DNA of 62,229 nt, filler included, from Nemertoderma westbladi (lineage: Eukaryota > Animalia > Xenacoelomorpha): the NCBI GenBank assembly GCA_032718475.1. It is 3 parts of 3 records of this genome, joined end to end, with 100 filler letters (N's around TTAATTAATTAA, not from the genome) between each part and the next. Parts side by side here need not be neighbours in the genome. Positions count along the whole stretch, not along the records: positions 16,241 to 43,817 come from JAUCBJ010001791.1; positions 43,918 to 62,229 come from JAUCBJ010008350.1; 1 more part is not named here. One strand, written 5' to 3'. A program made the position numbers and the translations under genes. The notes under the pieces are model-generated. The model saw only the letters and a list, made by a program, of their open reading frames with translations. It had not been told where the DNA came from and did not search any database. Positions 35,920 through 49,423 of this stretch are shown here, piece by piece; the first letter of the stretch is position 1; each line of letters opens with the position of its first letter.

Positions 35920-38043
35920 TAATATAGAGCATGATTGCCAAATTTCTAGGCAAAAAGCATTAACTACATCCTGAGGTATATATGCACCTATATTAATATA
36001 GAACACGGTGTGTCTCCCCTACGCCCTTAAAATAAGTTAACTTACTTACTGTAGCCTAAATGTAAAATATCTTAATTGCAACTTTAAAGGGGCGGGGGGG
36101 GGGGGGGGGTTGTTTCTGGATTTGATCGAAAATTCATATTGCCAAAATATCAGTTCATATTTCATCTAGAGCATATTTATGAAAATTCCAAATTTGAAAA
36201 CCGTTTAGCAAGATCACTTTACTTCTCGAGATATGGCGGTCTGTCCGTTTGACTGTCGGACGTCGGTCTGTCCTTATAGTATGTCTCCAAAACAATAGAA
36301 AGCATACTATCTGTCTAAAAAATTCCTTTGGGTTTTATTGGTCACCAGTGACTTCGTAATTCAGTTGAAGGTGGCTCTCCTGCTAAGAAATTGAAGCAGA
36401 GTTCTGATGTAAACCTGTTTCTTTAGAGAAGTTGATTTGATTTTATCTAATTCCTTAAATGATTCTACCGCACTCTGTTAAAAGCATACAGTAAGTTATT
36501 GGAAATACTGTACTAAAGATTTTTACTCCTCTTTTATATTATTAAGAACTTGAGTTTAACTTTTAGTACAGAGACCCATTAATTTGTACGCTTTATTTTT
36601 TGTTTGCGATATGATTGGTAAAACACAAGGAAGATTGAATTATAACACAAGTATACCTTTACGTATTTCCAACTTTAACCCATTTTATGTACATTTTTCA
36701 TTACTATTTAAAGTTCCACCTTTTGTAAACTTGAGTATTGTAGATTTCGTTCAGAATTTCATGTGAAGCAAGTTGGTGAAGTGGTCTGGAACGCGGACCG
36801 CCGCTATTGAGGTATTTAACATTTTTCGTTCTTTAAGGCTCTATGGGTCTATGAAATAAATAAAAGTGTTGGGTTATTTCTTCCGAGTAATCATTGCGGC
36901 CACTCTCTGCATTTTGCTGCAACACAGTCTGCATCAAACAAACCACGGTTTTACTTTGTGTCATTGGTTTGCGTATTGGGATTTCCTAAACAGTAGCGTA
37001 ATTGTCGGCGACAATGAGACTGTAATTATTATACCTTCATCAGTGACAATGTGACCCTGGGGTTACGTATTGTTGGAGTACCTGAAATGAGAGTGAGTGA
37101 GGGTACCGGCTTCCATGGTCTATCCTGCACTTGTGTATCCTACTAATAATGTGCTGCTTGGAGTCGTAGGCCTACGGCTTAGGGGGGTGACCCCCTCGCA
37201 AAAATCTAGAGCAAAGTTTAATGGGGATTTCAAATAGTTATCGTGGAATATGTCTGCCAATCTGTCTGTCAAAATGTACGACAGACAACCCACAGACGGA
37301 CAGACTACATTCCACCAAATATTTAAACTGACATCAAAGATGAAATCAGCCATGGCCTATTAAATAGGTCATGAATCAGCGACCCTGAACCACCATAATT
37401 ATAGTTTTAGCTCGGTGGTCTTCCTTTATGTCAGACACTATTAACCCAACCAGACCCCATACAGGTAGTTTTGCGCGGGAAGGTTTGAACTTTCGAAGGC
37501 AATTATATCAAAATGACATTTTTGTACTCCTTCGCCATTTCATAACCGTTTTTTGCAATTTTTGCTTCATATGAAAGGTAATTTCCGTTTTTTTTTTACA
37601 AAATTGCCAATTATTATCATAAATAGAAAACGAAAATACAAAAAGTGGTCGAAAAATATGATGAAATTGAACATGCTGGTTCTAAAAATACGATATCGGA
37701 TAAAAACAATAACATTTTTCAAACACAATGGACACATGTACAAAATAAGAAAAAACCGTGGGGAGGGGGGATACCCCCCTAAAGCCTTCTCCGTTATTGT
37801 AAGAACCGCATCACTTCAGGGGTTTGAGGCTCATTGCTGCTAACCACCACTAGGTAGTTAGTTTTATGAGTTTAACTTTGGATTCACCAAGGCATTGAGT
37901 CCCCATCCTTCCTTTGGGTGCTTTATAGCACGTTGGACGTAAGAGTAATAACCGCAAATATCGAGAGAGCCCTCCGTGAGTTTCTAATCAGATAGTACCC
38001 AATATCAGAAATGAAAAACAAAGCAACCACACGGGGGTAGGTG

Positions 38044-38240
38044 CAAAACGCGGATCCGGATTCCAAAATTATCAATTAAGGGAAAGGAGCAGATAACAGT
38101 GGCACGTTATTTTAACCAAAACAATAAACTAAAGTCAATAGAACAGGTTATAGTTTTATTTTTGGGAGTTATAAAAATGTAAAAAAAATCGACTTCCGTA
38201 GGGACAATGTTAAATGTAGAATCCGGATCCGCGTTTTACT
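38044..38240. repeat. Short inverted-repeat element (MITE-like)
   Basis: AAAACGCGGATCCGGATTC ... GAATCCGGATCCGCGTTTT. Confidence 0.55.
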
Positions 38241-38937
38241 CTGACTCATTATTGCTTTTCGACATCATTTTCATACCCTACCCATTATTACATTCCACGA
38301 CATTTACCTACACTCGCCTTCACTTACTGCCTATTAATCACCGTCACTCCCTCACTAAGATAATCAATCTTACTGCGCTCAACTCCCACCCGACCCAGAG
38401 TGCCACTGGCCGCGACTTCATCATGTAAGAGATGTCTAATAAAAGTATATTTATTGAACTGTGTCATAAAGAAGTCTGCCAAAAAGATTCTCCAAAAAAA
38501 ATGTTATATTTTGCATTTCTGACTTGTAAAATGAGATACAGTGAGTTTGAGATAACTCTGTCAGTAACAACCTGTTAACACTTAATTATTATTTTCTCCG
38601 AGACGAGATAGAGAAATTAATCAGCCGTATTAGGATTTGAGCCCCCCCCCCCCCCCCCCCCCCCTCACCCCACCCAAAATCTCATTAAAAACATATTAAT
38701 TAATAAGAAAACGAAATTAAAATGATAATATTATTATTTACGATAACGATACATAAACCTCTGTATTATTCGCAATTCTAACTAGGAAACAACGTACCGG
38801 TATCCAACCGTACAATGTGCTATAAATGTAACACGCCTAACTCACTAACTATACTCTACATGAACAAAATAAGTCGTTTTAAATATGTATCGAATATAAC
38901 TAATAATACAAAATTCTTAGCTAAATCTCGTGGTATA

Positions 38938-39176
38938 TCACAGTTTTTTGGGCGGTATACTGGGTCTGAAGTCTGATGGTGTTGAATCTGAGGGTTTCTG
39001 GAATATAATTTTGCGGGTTTTGAGGGGCTGCCACTTATTTTTAGACAACCAGAAGGCTAGTAATGTAATTGTACCGGTCACGATGAGGGCTTTATATCCA
39101 ATGATTTTCCTATCATCGTGCTCTGGTTCAGCACACCAGCGCAGGAAAGTAACAACATCCTTCGCACATTGGCTGG
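38938..39176 (-). CDS. CYC1: Cytochrome c1, last coding exon (C-terminal TM anchor); acceptor may alternatively be at 39198
   Basis: Manual translation SQCAKDVVTFLRWCAEPEHDDRKIIGYKALIVTGTITLLAFWLSKNKWQPLKTRKIIFQKP...PKKL* matches the cytochrome c1 C-terminus (SQ.AKDV.TFLRW..EPEHD.RK..G.K...KW..LK.RK). Upstream exons were not found in the window. Confidence 0.9.
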
Positions 39177-39363
39177 CTGTAACGGGAAAAATACAAACCT
39201 ATAAGAAGTGGTTGTCATTGATACTCTAATTAATCTAATACATTTTGTATAATTTCTTAGATAAGACCCGGTTAAACTTGGGGTTACAGTAGGGTTCAAA
39301 TAATGCTTGAATTATTTATGGTCTATACCTGACCAACAAAACCTAACCCCAAAAACACGCTCG

Positions 39364-42300
39364 TTAACTTACCGGTGTCCCGAACTGGTTAACTTACCGA
39401 TGTCCCAACCGGGTTAACTTACTGGTGTCCCAAACTGGTTAACTTACCGGTGTCCCGAACTAGTTAACTTACCGGTGTCCCGAACTGGTTAACTTACCGA
39501 TGTCCCAAACAGGTTAACTTACCGATGTCCCGAACTGGTTAACTTACCGGTGTCCCAAACTGGTTAACTTACCGGTGTCCCGAACTAGTTAACTTACCGG
39601 TTTCCCGAACTGGTTAACTTACCGATGTCCCAAACAGGTTAACTTACCGATGTCACAAACAGGTTAACTTACCAATGTCCCGAACTGGTTAACTTACCGG
39701 TGTCCCAAACTGGTTAACTTTCCGGTGTCCCAAACTAGTTAACTTACCGGTGACCCAAACTGGTTAACTTACCGGTGTCCCGAACTAGTTAACTTACCGA
39801 TGTCCCGACCAGGTTAACTTACCGGTGTCCCAAACTGGTTAACTTACCGGTGTCCCGAACTAGTTAACTTACCGGTGTCCCGAACTGGTTAACTTACCAA
39901 TGTCATAAACAGGTTAACTTACCGATGTCCCGAACTGGTTAACTTACCGGTGTCCCAAACTGGTTAACTTACCGATGTCCCGATCTGGTTAACTTACCGG
40001 TGTCCCAAACTGGCTAACTTACCGGTGTCCCGAACTAGTTAACTTACCGGTGTCCCGAACTGGTTAACTTATCGATGTCCCAAACAGGTTAACTTACCGA
40101 TGTCCCGAACCCGAACTAGTTAACTTACCGGTGTCCCGACCTGGTTAACTTACCGGTGTCCCGCACTGGTTAACTTTCCGGTGTCCCGAATTGGTTAACT
40201 TAACGGTGTCCCGCACTGGTTAACTTACCGGTGTCCCAAACAGGTTAACTTACCGGTGTCCCGACCTGGTTAACTTACCGATGTCCCGAACTAGTTAACT
40301 TACCGATGTCCGAACTGGTTAACTTACCAATCTCCCAAACTGGTTAACTTACCGGTGTCCCAAACTGGTTAACTTTCCGGTGTCCCGAACTAGTTAACTT
40401 ACCGGTGTCCCGAACTGGTTAACTTACCGATGTCCCAAACAGGTTAACTTACCGATGTCCCGAACTAGTTTACTTCCCGGTGTCCCAAACTGGTTAACTT
40501 ACCGGTGTCCCGTATGGTTAACTTACCGGTGTCCCAAACTGGTTAACTTACCGGTGTCCCATATGGTTAACTTAACGGTGTCCCATATGGTTAACTTACC
40601 GGTGTCCCGAACTGGTTAACTTACCGGTGTCCCGTATGGTTACTTACCAATGTCCCGACCTGGTTAACTTACCTGTGTCCCGCACTGGTTAACTTACCGA
40701 TGTCCCGACCTGGTTAACTTACCGGTGTCCCGCACTGGTTAACTTACCGATGTCCCAAACAGGTTAACTTACCGATGTCCCGAACTGGTTAACTTACCGA
40801 TGTCCCGACCTGGTTAACTTACCGGTGTCCCGCACTGGTTAACTTTCCGGTGTCCCGAACTAGTTAACTTACCGGTGTCCCGAACTGGTTAACTTACCGA
40901 TGTCCCAAACAGGTTAACTTACCGATGTCCCGAACTAGTTAACTTGCCGGTGTCCCGACCTGGTTACTTACCGGTGTCCCGCACTGGTTAACTTTCCGGT
41001 GTCCCGAACTAGTTATCTTATCGGTGTCCCAAACTGATTAACTTATCGGTGTCCCGACCTGGTTACCTTACCGGTGTCCCACACTGGTTAACTTTCCGGT
41101 GTCCCGAATTGGTTAACTTACCGGTGTCCCGCAGCGGTTAACTTACCGGTGTCCCAAACAGGTTAACTTACCGGTGTCCCGACTTGGTTAACTTACCGAT
41201 GTCCCGAACTAGTTAACTTACCGGTGTCCCGAACTGGTTAACTTACCGATGTCCCAAACAGGTTAACTTACCGATGTCCCGAACTAGTTAACTTACCGGT
41301 GTCCCGACCTGGCTACTTACCGGTGTCCCGCACTGGTTAACTTTCCGGTGTCCCGAACTAGTTATCTTATCGGTGTCCCAAACTGGTTAACTTACCGGTG
41401 TCCCGACCTGGTTACTTTACCGGTGTCCCACACTGGTTAACTTTCCGGTGTCCCGAATTGGTTAACTTACCGGTGTCCCGCAGTGGTTAACTTACCGGTG
41501 TCCCAAACAGGTTAACTTACCGGTGTCCCGCCTTGGTTAACCTACCGATGTGCCGAACTGGTTAACTTTCCGGTGTCCCGAACTAGTTAACTTACCGGTG
41601 TCCCGAACTGGTTAACTTACCGATGTCCCAAACAGGTTAACTTACGGATGTCCTGAACTAGTTAACTTACCGGTCTCCCGACCTGGTAAACTTACCTGTG
41701 TCCCGCACTGGTTAACTTACCGATGTCCCGACCTGGTTAACTTACCGGTGTCCCGCACTTGTTAACTTACCAGTGTCCCGCACTGGTTAACTTACCGGTG
41801 TCCCGACCTGGTTAACTTACCGGTGTCCCGCACTGGTTAACTTACTGGTGTCCCACACTGGTTAACTTACCGATGTCCCGTATTGTTAACTTACCGGTGT
41901 CCCGAACAGGTTAACTTACCGGTGTCCGAACTGGTTAACTTACCGGTGTCCCGTTTGGTTAACTTACCGATGTCCCGAACTGGTTAACTTACCGGTGTCA
42001 GAACTGGTTAACTTACCGGTGTCCCGAACTGGTTAACTTACCAGTGTCCCGTATGGTTAACTTACCGGTGTCCAAACTGGTTAACTTACCGGTGTCCCAA
42101 ACTGGTTAACTTACCGGTGTCCCAAACAGGTTAACTTACCGGTGTCTCTAACTGGTAAACTTCCGAGGCCCCGACCTGGTTAACTTAATTTGTGTCTACT
42201 GTTGATGGTGACACAGAACCATTTGAAGTATCCTCCAGGGAGACACTCTTGCGCCATTCTTGTTCATAATTGTGGTTGACTATGTTCTACGCATGTCCTT

Positions 42301-43817
42301 AGATCATCATAATGATGATGGAGTGATGATAACTCCACCTACTGGCTCCAGAAGTCGAGGAAATACTGCCATGCACCTAACTGATCTAGACTTTGCTGAT
42401 GACTTAGGAGTACTCTCAGAATCACTAGAGGGATCCCAACGGCTCCTCAGCTCATTAGAACATGCTGCTTCTAGTGTTGGTCTTTTTATTAACTCCAAAA
42501 AGACCAAAATTTGATAGTTAACCTTGAAAGTCCTCAGCAAGTCTCTGACCGGATGAGCATAAGCTCAAAGGATGGTATGCTTGAGCATGTGGATGACTTC
42601 TGTTACCTGGGATCATGGATCCGGAAGTCAGGTGAGGACCTTCGAATATGTAAGGCAAATGCATGGGCAGCCTTGAATAGGCTTTCCAGGATTTGGAAGT
42701 CCCCGAGAATTCATCGGAAACTTAAGGTCCGATTATTTAGAGCAGCAGTAGTTCCAGTACTCCTCTATGGGAGTCCATGCTGGGCTCTAACTACTGAGGA
42801 CACCAAATCTCTGGATGGCACATTCACAAGAATGCTACGCCGGGTTCATTGTGTCAAGTACAATGCACACATCTCCAACCAGACAGACACTATATAATAT
42901 TGGAGGTGTCTCATTGGTTCCCCCAAGCTTGACACTAGAACAAAGCCGCCTCCGCTTTGCAGGACATTGCTTTCGCCGTGAGGACCAGCCAGTACATAAT
43001 ATTGTGCTTTGGCAGCCTCATGGAGTGAATAAACATGGACAGCCCATGACTTTCTTGAGACGCATCTTAAAGGACACTGGCCTTGAAGATGCGTACGATC
43101 TAGCAAATGTCATGGGTGATAGGGAGTTGTGGCGGCGCAATTTTGTCGACAAGCCGGCACAGCATTCTTAAAAATGCAGCTGCAATGCAGCATGCCGAGC
43201 CGATCCTAGTAGTAGTCCCGCACTGGTTAACTTACCGGTGTCCCACACTGGTTAACTTACCGGTGTCCCACACTGGTTAACTTACTGATGTCCCGACCTA
43301 GTAACTTACCGGTGTCCCAAACTGGTTAACTTAACGGTGTCCCGAACTGGTTAACTTACCGTGTCCTGAACTGGTTAACTTACCGTGTCCCGAACTGGTT
43401 AACTTACCGTGTCCTGAACTGGTTAACTTATCGGTGTCCCGAACTGGTTAACTTACCGTGTCCCGAACTGGTTAACTTACCGTGTCCTGAACTGGTTAAC
43501 TTATCGGTGTCCCGAACTGGTTAACTTACTCGTGTTCCGAACTGGTTAACTTACCGGTGTCCCAAACTGGTTAACTTACTGATGTCCCGACCTAGTAACT
43601 TACCGGTGTCCCAAACTGGTTAACTTAACGGTGTCCCGAACTGGTTAACTTACCGTGTCCCGAACTGGTTAACTTACCGTGTCCTGAACTGGTTAACTTA
43701 ACGGTGTCCCGAACTGGTTAACTTACCGGTGTCCCAAACTGGTTAACTTAACGGTGTCCCGAACTGGTTAACTTACCGTGTCCCGAACTGGTTAACTTAC
43801 CGTGTCCTGAACTGGTT
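39364..43817 (-). repeat. 25-bp satellite (+ strand GGTTAACTTACCGGTGTCCCGAACT), interrupted by an RTE, runs into the gap
   Basis: Tandem units directly visible; each carries GGGACACCG|GTAAGT on the minus strand. Confidence 0.97.
42188..43216 (+). mobile_element. 5'-truncated RTE-clade LINE inserted in the satellite
   Basis: LAPFLFIIVVDYVLR, DLDFADDL, VDDFCYLGSW, LLYGSPCW, RLRFAGHCFR; frameshifts; (TAG)n tail. Confidence 0.9.
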
Positions 43818-43917
43818 NNNNNNNNNNNNNNNNNNNNNNNNNNNNNNNNNNNNNNNNNNNNTTAATTAATTAANNNNNNNNNNNNNNNNNNNNNNNNNNN
43901 NNNNNNNNNNNNNNNNN
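43818..43917. other. Assembly gap with artificial TTAATTAATTAA linker
   Basis: N44-TTAATTAATTAA-N44. Confidence 0.98.
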
Positions 43918-44326
43918 CCGACAGCAGCTCAGCCTACAATTATTTGAACAATCTGAGCAGACTTACACGTCTTCAGCTCAATATTAACTTACTAGGAAAT
44001 AAAACCGACAGAAATAAGTAAGCTCCAAAAGAAACAAGGGGTGTACAGTCCCTAATCTCTTAAACAGCCTACCGGTATACAATGATCAAAATCGAATAAT
44101 ACTAAATGTACTTGTACAGCAGTACCGGTACCGGTGATGACAGTTAGGCCTACTGACCTACAGAAGCACCGGTTCAGTTTTACCAGTCACTACGGTATTT
44201 TGCAACCTTATTGCCTACTGCAATAAGATTATAAACTGTTACTGTTCGACAGAACAGTATTAAACTGTATTTAATGCTTACACTTGCAACCTTATTGCCT
44301 ACTGCAATAAGATTAATAACTGTTAC

Positions 44327-45558
44327 TGTTCGCGCTTTTGAAGACCTTTAGCAGTTTAACCTGCCAAAATTTATATGTCTTTTAGTTAATTAACACACCT
44401 TTAGCATACGACAATATTTTATGCTAATAAACAAAACATTAGCCGAAGCCAGCCCATGCGCGATCATTCACCCGATGGATCTACACCCGGGAGGCTGAAT
44501 TCGGATGCTTAGATTTTATTATTGCAGTGTAAGGTTGCAGTGTAAGCCTACTGTATTATTCGATTGATCGCTAATATGTAATTTCTGACAGATATTATTA
44601 ACTTTCGGGAAATATTAACAGTTCCTTTAGGACGTGGCGCTCTATCTATTTAAACAGAGCTAGGACTTATACTAAACGCAACGATAAGGCTTATGATTAA
44701 AGTATAAGTCGCATTCTTTAGGAAATGCTTTGTTACCAGTCACATCACACTCACAATCATGCACACTATTCTGCCGACCGTCAGTATATTTGATCACACA
44801 TAAAGAGAACAGCAATTGACTCAGGTAGTGTCTACTAAATAACATTAGATTCAATACACACCACATTGATATAAATCGCAATTGTTATATATAGCCCGCC
44901 TCTCTAACCTGTAGTGTATCAAGAAAATTGGGAATTTTGGGTGATTTATCCGTATTCTCCAAAGAGCAATATTTCCATCAACAAATAGATACAATTAATA
45001 ACTGACGGTAAATAGCAGTACAAACAATATGATTAGTGCAGTTAAATTAAGTGAGGTAACACAGCCGCCGGTAACAGTTATACTTTCTATAATCTAAGCA
45101 GTTTACTAGAGTTCTTACAGCCGGTGTTTCTGGCTTAGACAGCAATAACAACAAAGTATCAAGTAAAAACAGTAAGACTGAACACTCTCCTTATGATCGG
45201 CTGAAAAGCTACACGTCGACAGGAAAAATCGCTCTGATTGGCTCAAGCCAAACAAAGAACCATGCATCCAATGGCTGTTTCCATGTCAGCAACCAGCTGT
45301 TAGATGTCGTAATATGAATCATCACGGCTAAGCTGTGAAAGGTAGTTGGTGCATTACAGGTTTTTTGCCTTACCATGTCCGCTAAAACACGTATATAGCA
45401 GAATGACTTTTATGTCCGTTAAAACACCTGTAACGGTACCTTGCGGGCGAGGGGAATATATATACCATTAGAGAACCTTTTTAGAGTATTCCAGCGCCTG
45501 GGGGGAAACTGGATTGCGAAGCAAAAGGGGCCAGTTATATCCCACAGAAGCTTTTACA
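44327..45558 (-). mobile_element. LTR-like dispersed repeat, inverted homolog of 82-1296
   Basis: High similarity over ~44327-45125 and ~45470-45558; same TGT/ACA termini. Confidence 0.55.
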
Positions 45559-45563
45559 ACTTG

Positions 45564-46108
45564 TTTACTACATATAAAATAATTTGCAGGTCCTTTAATT
45601 CTAATTATATCGTATGTTTTGTGATGGCTTTCAAATTGTATTTTTGGATATTGGATATTGTTTTGGTTTTTCTCCGTATTACAAAGCAAGCAAGTAAACA
45701 GTCGGCCGGAGGCTCCTCTTTCGATATCTGTTACCTGCCGGAAGTTGGTGGGCGCTACTCCTATCCAAGTTTTACTGCCCATAATTCTACTCCGGTTCTC
45801 ATTTTATCGACCCCCATGGGATGAAATGCAGAGTGGAACCTAGAGCGGGATTCGAACCTACAACCATGACTTACTATAGACTTTATAGTAGGTCATGCTA
45901 CAACAAATATATTGCAGGACCATCACTCAACCAACTGGGACAAATATTCTAAGTAATATTTTTGGGTATAATAAATATAGAATAATGTAGATATTGTTGT
46001 TCTAGAATACTTTTTGTATGTGGGAAGAATAAATTAATTTGGAATACTGTAAATTTCACATTTGGCTCTGTAAAGATAACAATTAATACATGCTCTTGAA
46101 AGCATAAT
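45564..46108. repeat. ~550-bp local duplication, copy 1, containing a tRNA-derived SINE (- strand, ~45683-45942)
   Basis: Near-identical to 47633-48178; minus-strand B box GGTTCGAATCCC and core CATTTCATCCCATGGGGGTCGATAAAATGAGAACC. Confidence 0.9.
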
Positions 46109-46224
46109 CGCATTGTGTAGCATTGTGTCGCCTTTGTAGCGTTTTGCTACGTACCGTAGATGGTTTCAATTGATGTATGAATTCGCCGAGATGGTACTCT
46201 ATTTCCACCCCCCCCCCCCCCCTT

Positions 46225-46320
46225 ATTTCCCAATGACAGCAACCATTACTGCTGGTATTCCATAAGCTCTTAGGATTTCCAGCATCTTCCCTCTATGGAT
46301 GAGTCGAATGAAACTCTGGG
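46225..46320 (-). mobile_element. Degraded RTE RT fragment
   Basis: Minus-strand SIHRGKMLEILRAYGIP motif. Confidence 0.6.
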
Positions 46321-47632
46321 CTAATGTTATTTTAGGCGCCCTTTGGAACAACTTTTCCGTCCAGATACCTTATTTACAGATTAGTATGTTTGTATAATTC
46401 CAGAAAGTAACTACATAGAACTCTACCGTCGCACTCAACATTGGAACCTGGCTTCTACTGATTGAGTAAAGAAAAGGGTTGGTTAATTACGCAATGTTTA
46501 CCCTTGGGTGCTAGAGTGGCTCCATCACTGCCTTAGGGGAAACGGCCAAGAAAGTGGAGCCTTCCTGGTCTGGTTGCTTATTGTGTTTCTTGGATCACGT
46601 TCACTAATGAGTGTAATTTTTACTGTAGAGCAAATGATAATCATCTCTACTGGGAACACAACCTGCACGTTATACTGTAGAATAGGAATACCAAAGAACT
46701 ATTCGATCGTTTTCGCACCCCCTATGACATGTAGTACAGTATATACGTTTCCATTACCACAACAGGTTTATTTTATGTAATCTTATATCCATCGATAAAG
46801 AATTACACGCCTACCCTACATGATAATAACAACATCCTGTTACATCCCACAGTATATAGTGTATACGTTTATAATATTATGTTATAGGTCAGAAATATAG
46901 TGAGTGCTGTTAAGTCTTCATGTTTAAAATTTGTGTACTTGTGTGTCTTAAATGTAAAATAATGTAGTGTTACTTTACATTATTACAGATGAGTATTCAT
47001 AATTCATCAGTATAACTTCAAGATATTTATCTAGAGTTCATGATAAACAAATTACGCCATGTAAAACACAGCGATTTTGGAAGATGTTTTTAATTTGAAA
47101 CTCCAAAAAAATGTTTTGAGTCTAAAAGACACTCATCTCACTCATCATGAGTCATTTTTTAAATATAATTCTATATCCTAGCCGATTATAGCCTAACATA
47201 CTGAATAAAACTCAGCATCGCTATGGAGGTATGCGCTGCCACTTCACTAATAGCCTTCCTTGCATTCATTGTAACCCAGATTACCAGAACGACGCAGGTG
47301 ACTTGCCAAGATGAGCGCACCATTTCACAAATAATTGGGGAAAATGAGTTTTTGAACAAAAACGATCACGAAGTAAATGTAGGAACCCCAATGAACGATT
47401 GCGATATCCATATTGAAATACCATTTTATAAAGCAACATATCAAAATAGTTACTAGACCCTATTATATGATATTATAATATTCTAGAATATTAAATAACC
47501 TGTGGATACCATCAGCGCTATATATTTAAATTTATGTCATGGAAATTACATTGAAATTTGATTCGAACATTTACTTTTTTTGTTTACAAATTTGACAAAA
47601 AATTTACTTATTACATGCAACTTCATCACTTA

Positions 47633-48178
47633 TTTACTACATATAAAATAATTTGCAGGTCCTTTAATTCTAATTAATTATATCGTATGTTTTGTGATGG
47701 CTTTCAAATTGTATTTTTGGATATTGGATATTGTTTTGGTTTTTCTCCGTATTACAAAGCAAGCAAGTAAACAGTCGGCCGGAGGCTCCTCTTTCGATAT
47801 CTGTTACCTGCCGGAAGTTGGTGGGCGCTACTCCTATCCAAGTTTTAATGCCCATAATTCTACTCCGGTTCTCATTTTATCGACCCCCATGGGATGAAAT
47901 GCAGAGTGGAACCTAGAGCGGGATTCGAACCTACAACCATGACCTACTATAGACTTTATAGAAGGTCATGCTACAACAAATATATATTGCAGGACCATGA
48001 CTCAACCAACTGAGACAAATATTATAACTAATATTTTTGGGTATAATAAATATAGAATAATGTAGATATTGTTGTTCTAGAATACTTTTTGTATGTGGGA
48101 AGAATAAATTTATTTGGAATACTGTAAATTTCACATTTGGCTCTGTAAAGATAACAATACATGCTCTTGAAAGCATAA
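47633..48178. repeat. ~550-bp local duplication, copy 2
   Basis: Direct repeat of 45564-46108. Confidence 0.9.
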
Positions 48179-48605
48179 TTTAATGACGTGATGAAAGTGA
48201 TTAAATATAAATATCACTAATTATTACAGTCCTTAAAAATATTATTATAAGAACAATATCAACACAAAGAAACACATTAACACAGATATTAACAACTATT
48301 TATTTTACAATTAGAAAGTAACATATTTATGTACGACTTTTTAATTAGAAATTTGAGGTAAAATTTGCACCAAATGTCCAATCAAATGATACGTGAGTTA
48401 ATATATGGTAGATACACTTTGTGATTGTAGATGATAATTAAATAATTAATCGATGTCAATTAAATAATTAAATCGTTATTTCTTTAAACTAATTCTAGAA
48501 CTACGTTTACCAACTAAAAAAACAAATTAAATATAAACACAGTAATAATAATAATAATAATAATTAAATGGTGCACTACATACACACTACACAAGTACAC
48601 ACTAC

Positions 48606-49423
48606 ATAGTTTCACCTCCCGACCACTGACTGGGTGAGCCAGAATTTTTATTTTTGCTTTCAATCTTTAGCTACAAGCGTTTAAAAAAGTGTCTCCAGCG
48701 ATATTATACCAGTTACACCGCAGTTATTCTTCTACAGTACCTTATAGCTGTTTGTTGGTACCAATGCAAAGCTGGCCCTGCATGAATTTCAAATATGTAA
48801 CACAATTTGAATTTCGTTGAAAAATAGCTGAGATATGGGCGTTCAAATGTTGCATGGTTTTGCACCGGCGTGAGGCAATATTATTCTATTTAATAAATAC
48901 ATCATAATCTGGAATATTTTGTTTATCCAAATACGTAGCTGGGCAACAATGCATTACATCTTTAATCATACTATTATGTAGCTATTCACACATTTAAAAA
49001 ATGTTCCAGAATATGGTTTATTTATTAATAGAATAAAATAGCCTCGCGCCGGTGCAAAACCATGCAACATTTGAACGTTCATATCTCAGCTATTTTTCAA
49101 CGAAATTCAAATTGTGTTACATATTTGGAATCCTTGCATGACCAGCTTTCCATTGGTACCAACAAACAGATATAAGGTAGAAGAATAACTGCGGTGTAAC
49201 TGGTGTAATATCGCTGGAGACACTTTTTTTAAACGCTTGTAGCTAAAGATTGAAAGCAAATATAAAAATTCTGGCTCACCCAGTCAGTGGTCGGGAGGTG
49301 AAACTATCTCTGTTTCAAATTTCATGCAATCTCATTAAGATTTGTAGAAAAATTAGGTGGTGGGGGGGTGGGGGCGGGGGGGGTGTCACTGAATTACGAC
49401 ACTATATTCTGGGACATGGTGTA
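48606..49423. mobile_element. Foldback MITE with ~290-bp inverted arms, left end truncated
   Basis: 48606-48898 is the reverse complement of ~49017-49307; right terminus GGGACATGGTGTA; related pieces at ~58910-59050 and ~59960-60171. Confidence 0.85.

Noticed and set aside
36360-36475. Possible minus-strand exon (SAVESFKELDKIKSTSLKKQ...)
   Set aside because: Short, no recognisable homology, and cannot be linked to a gene from sequence alone.
39364-43817. CRISPR-like appearance of short, partly palindromic repeats
   Set aside because: Units are head-to-tail with no unique spacers, there are no cas genes, and the context is eukaryotic.
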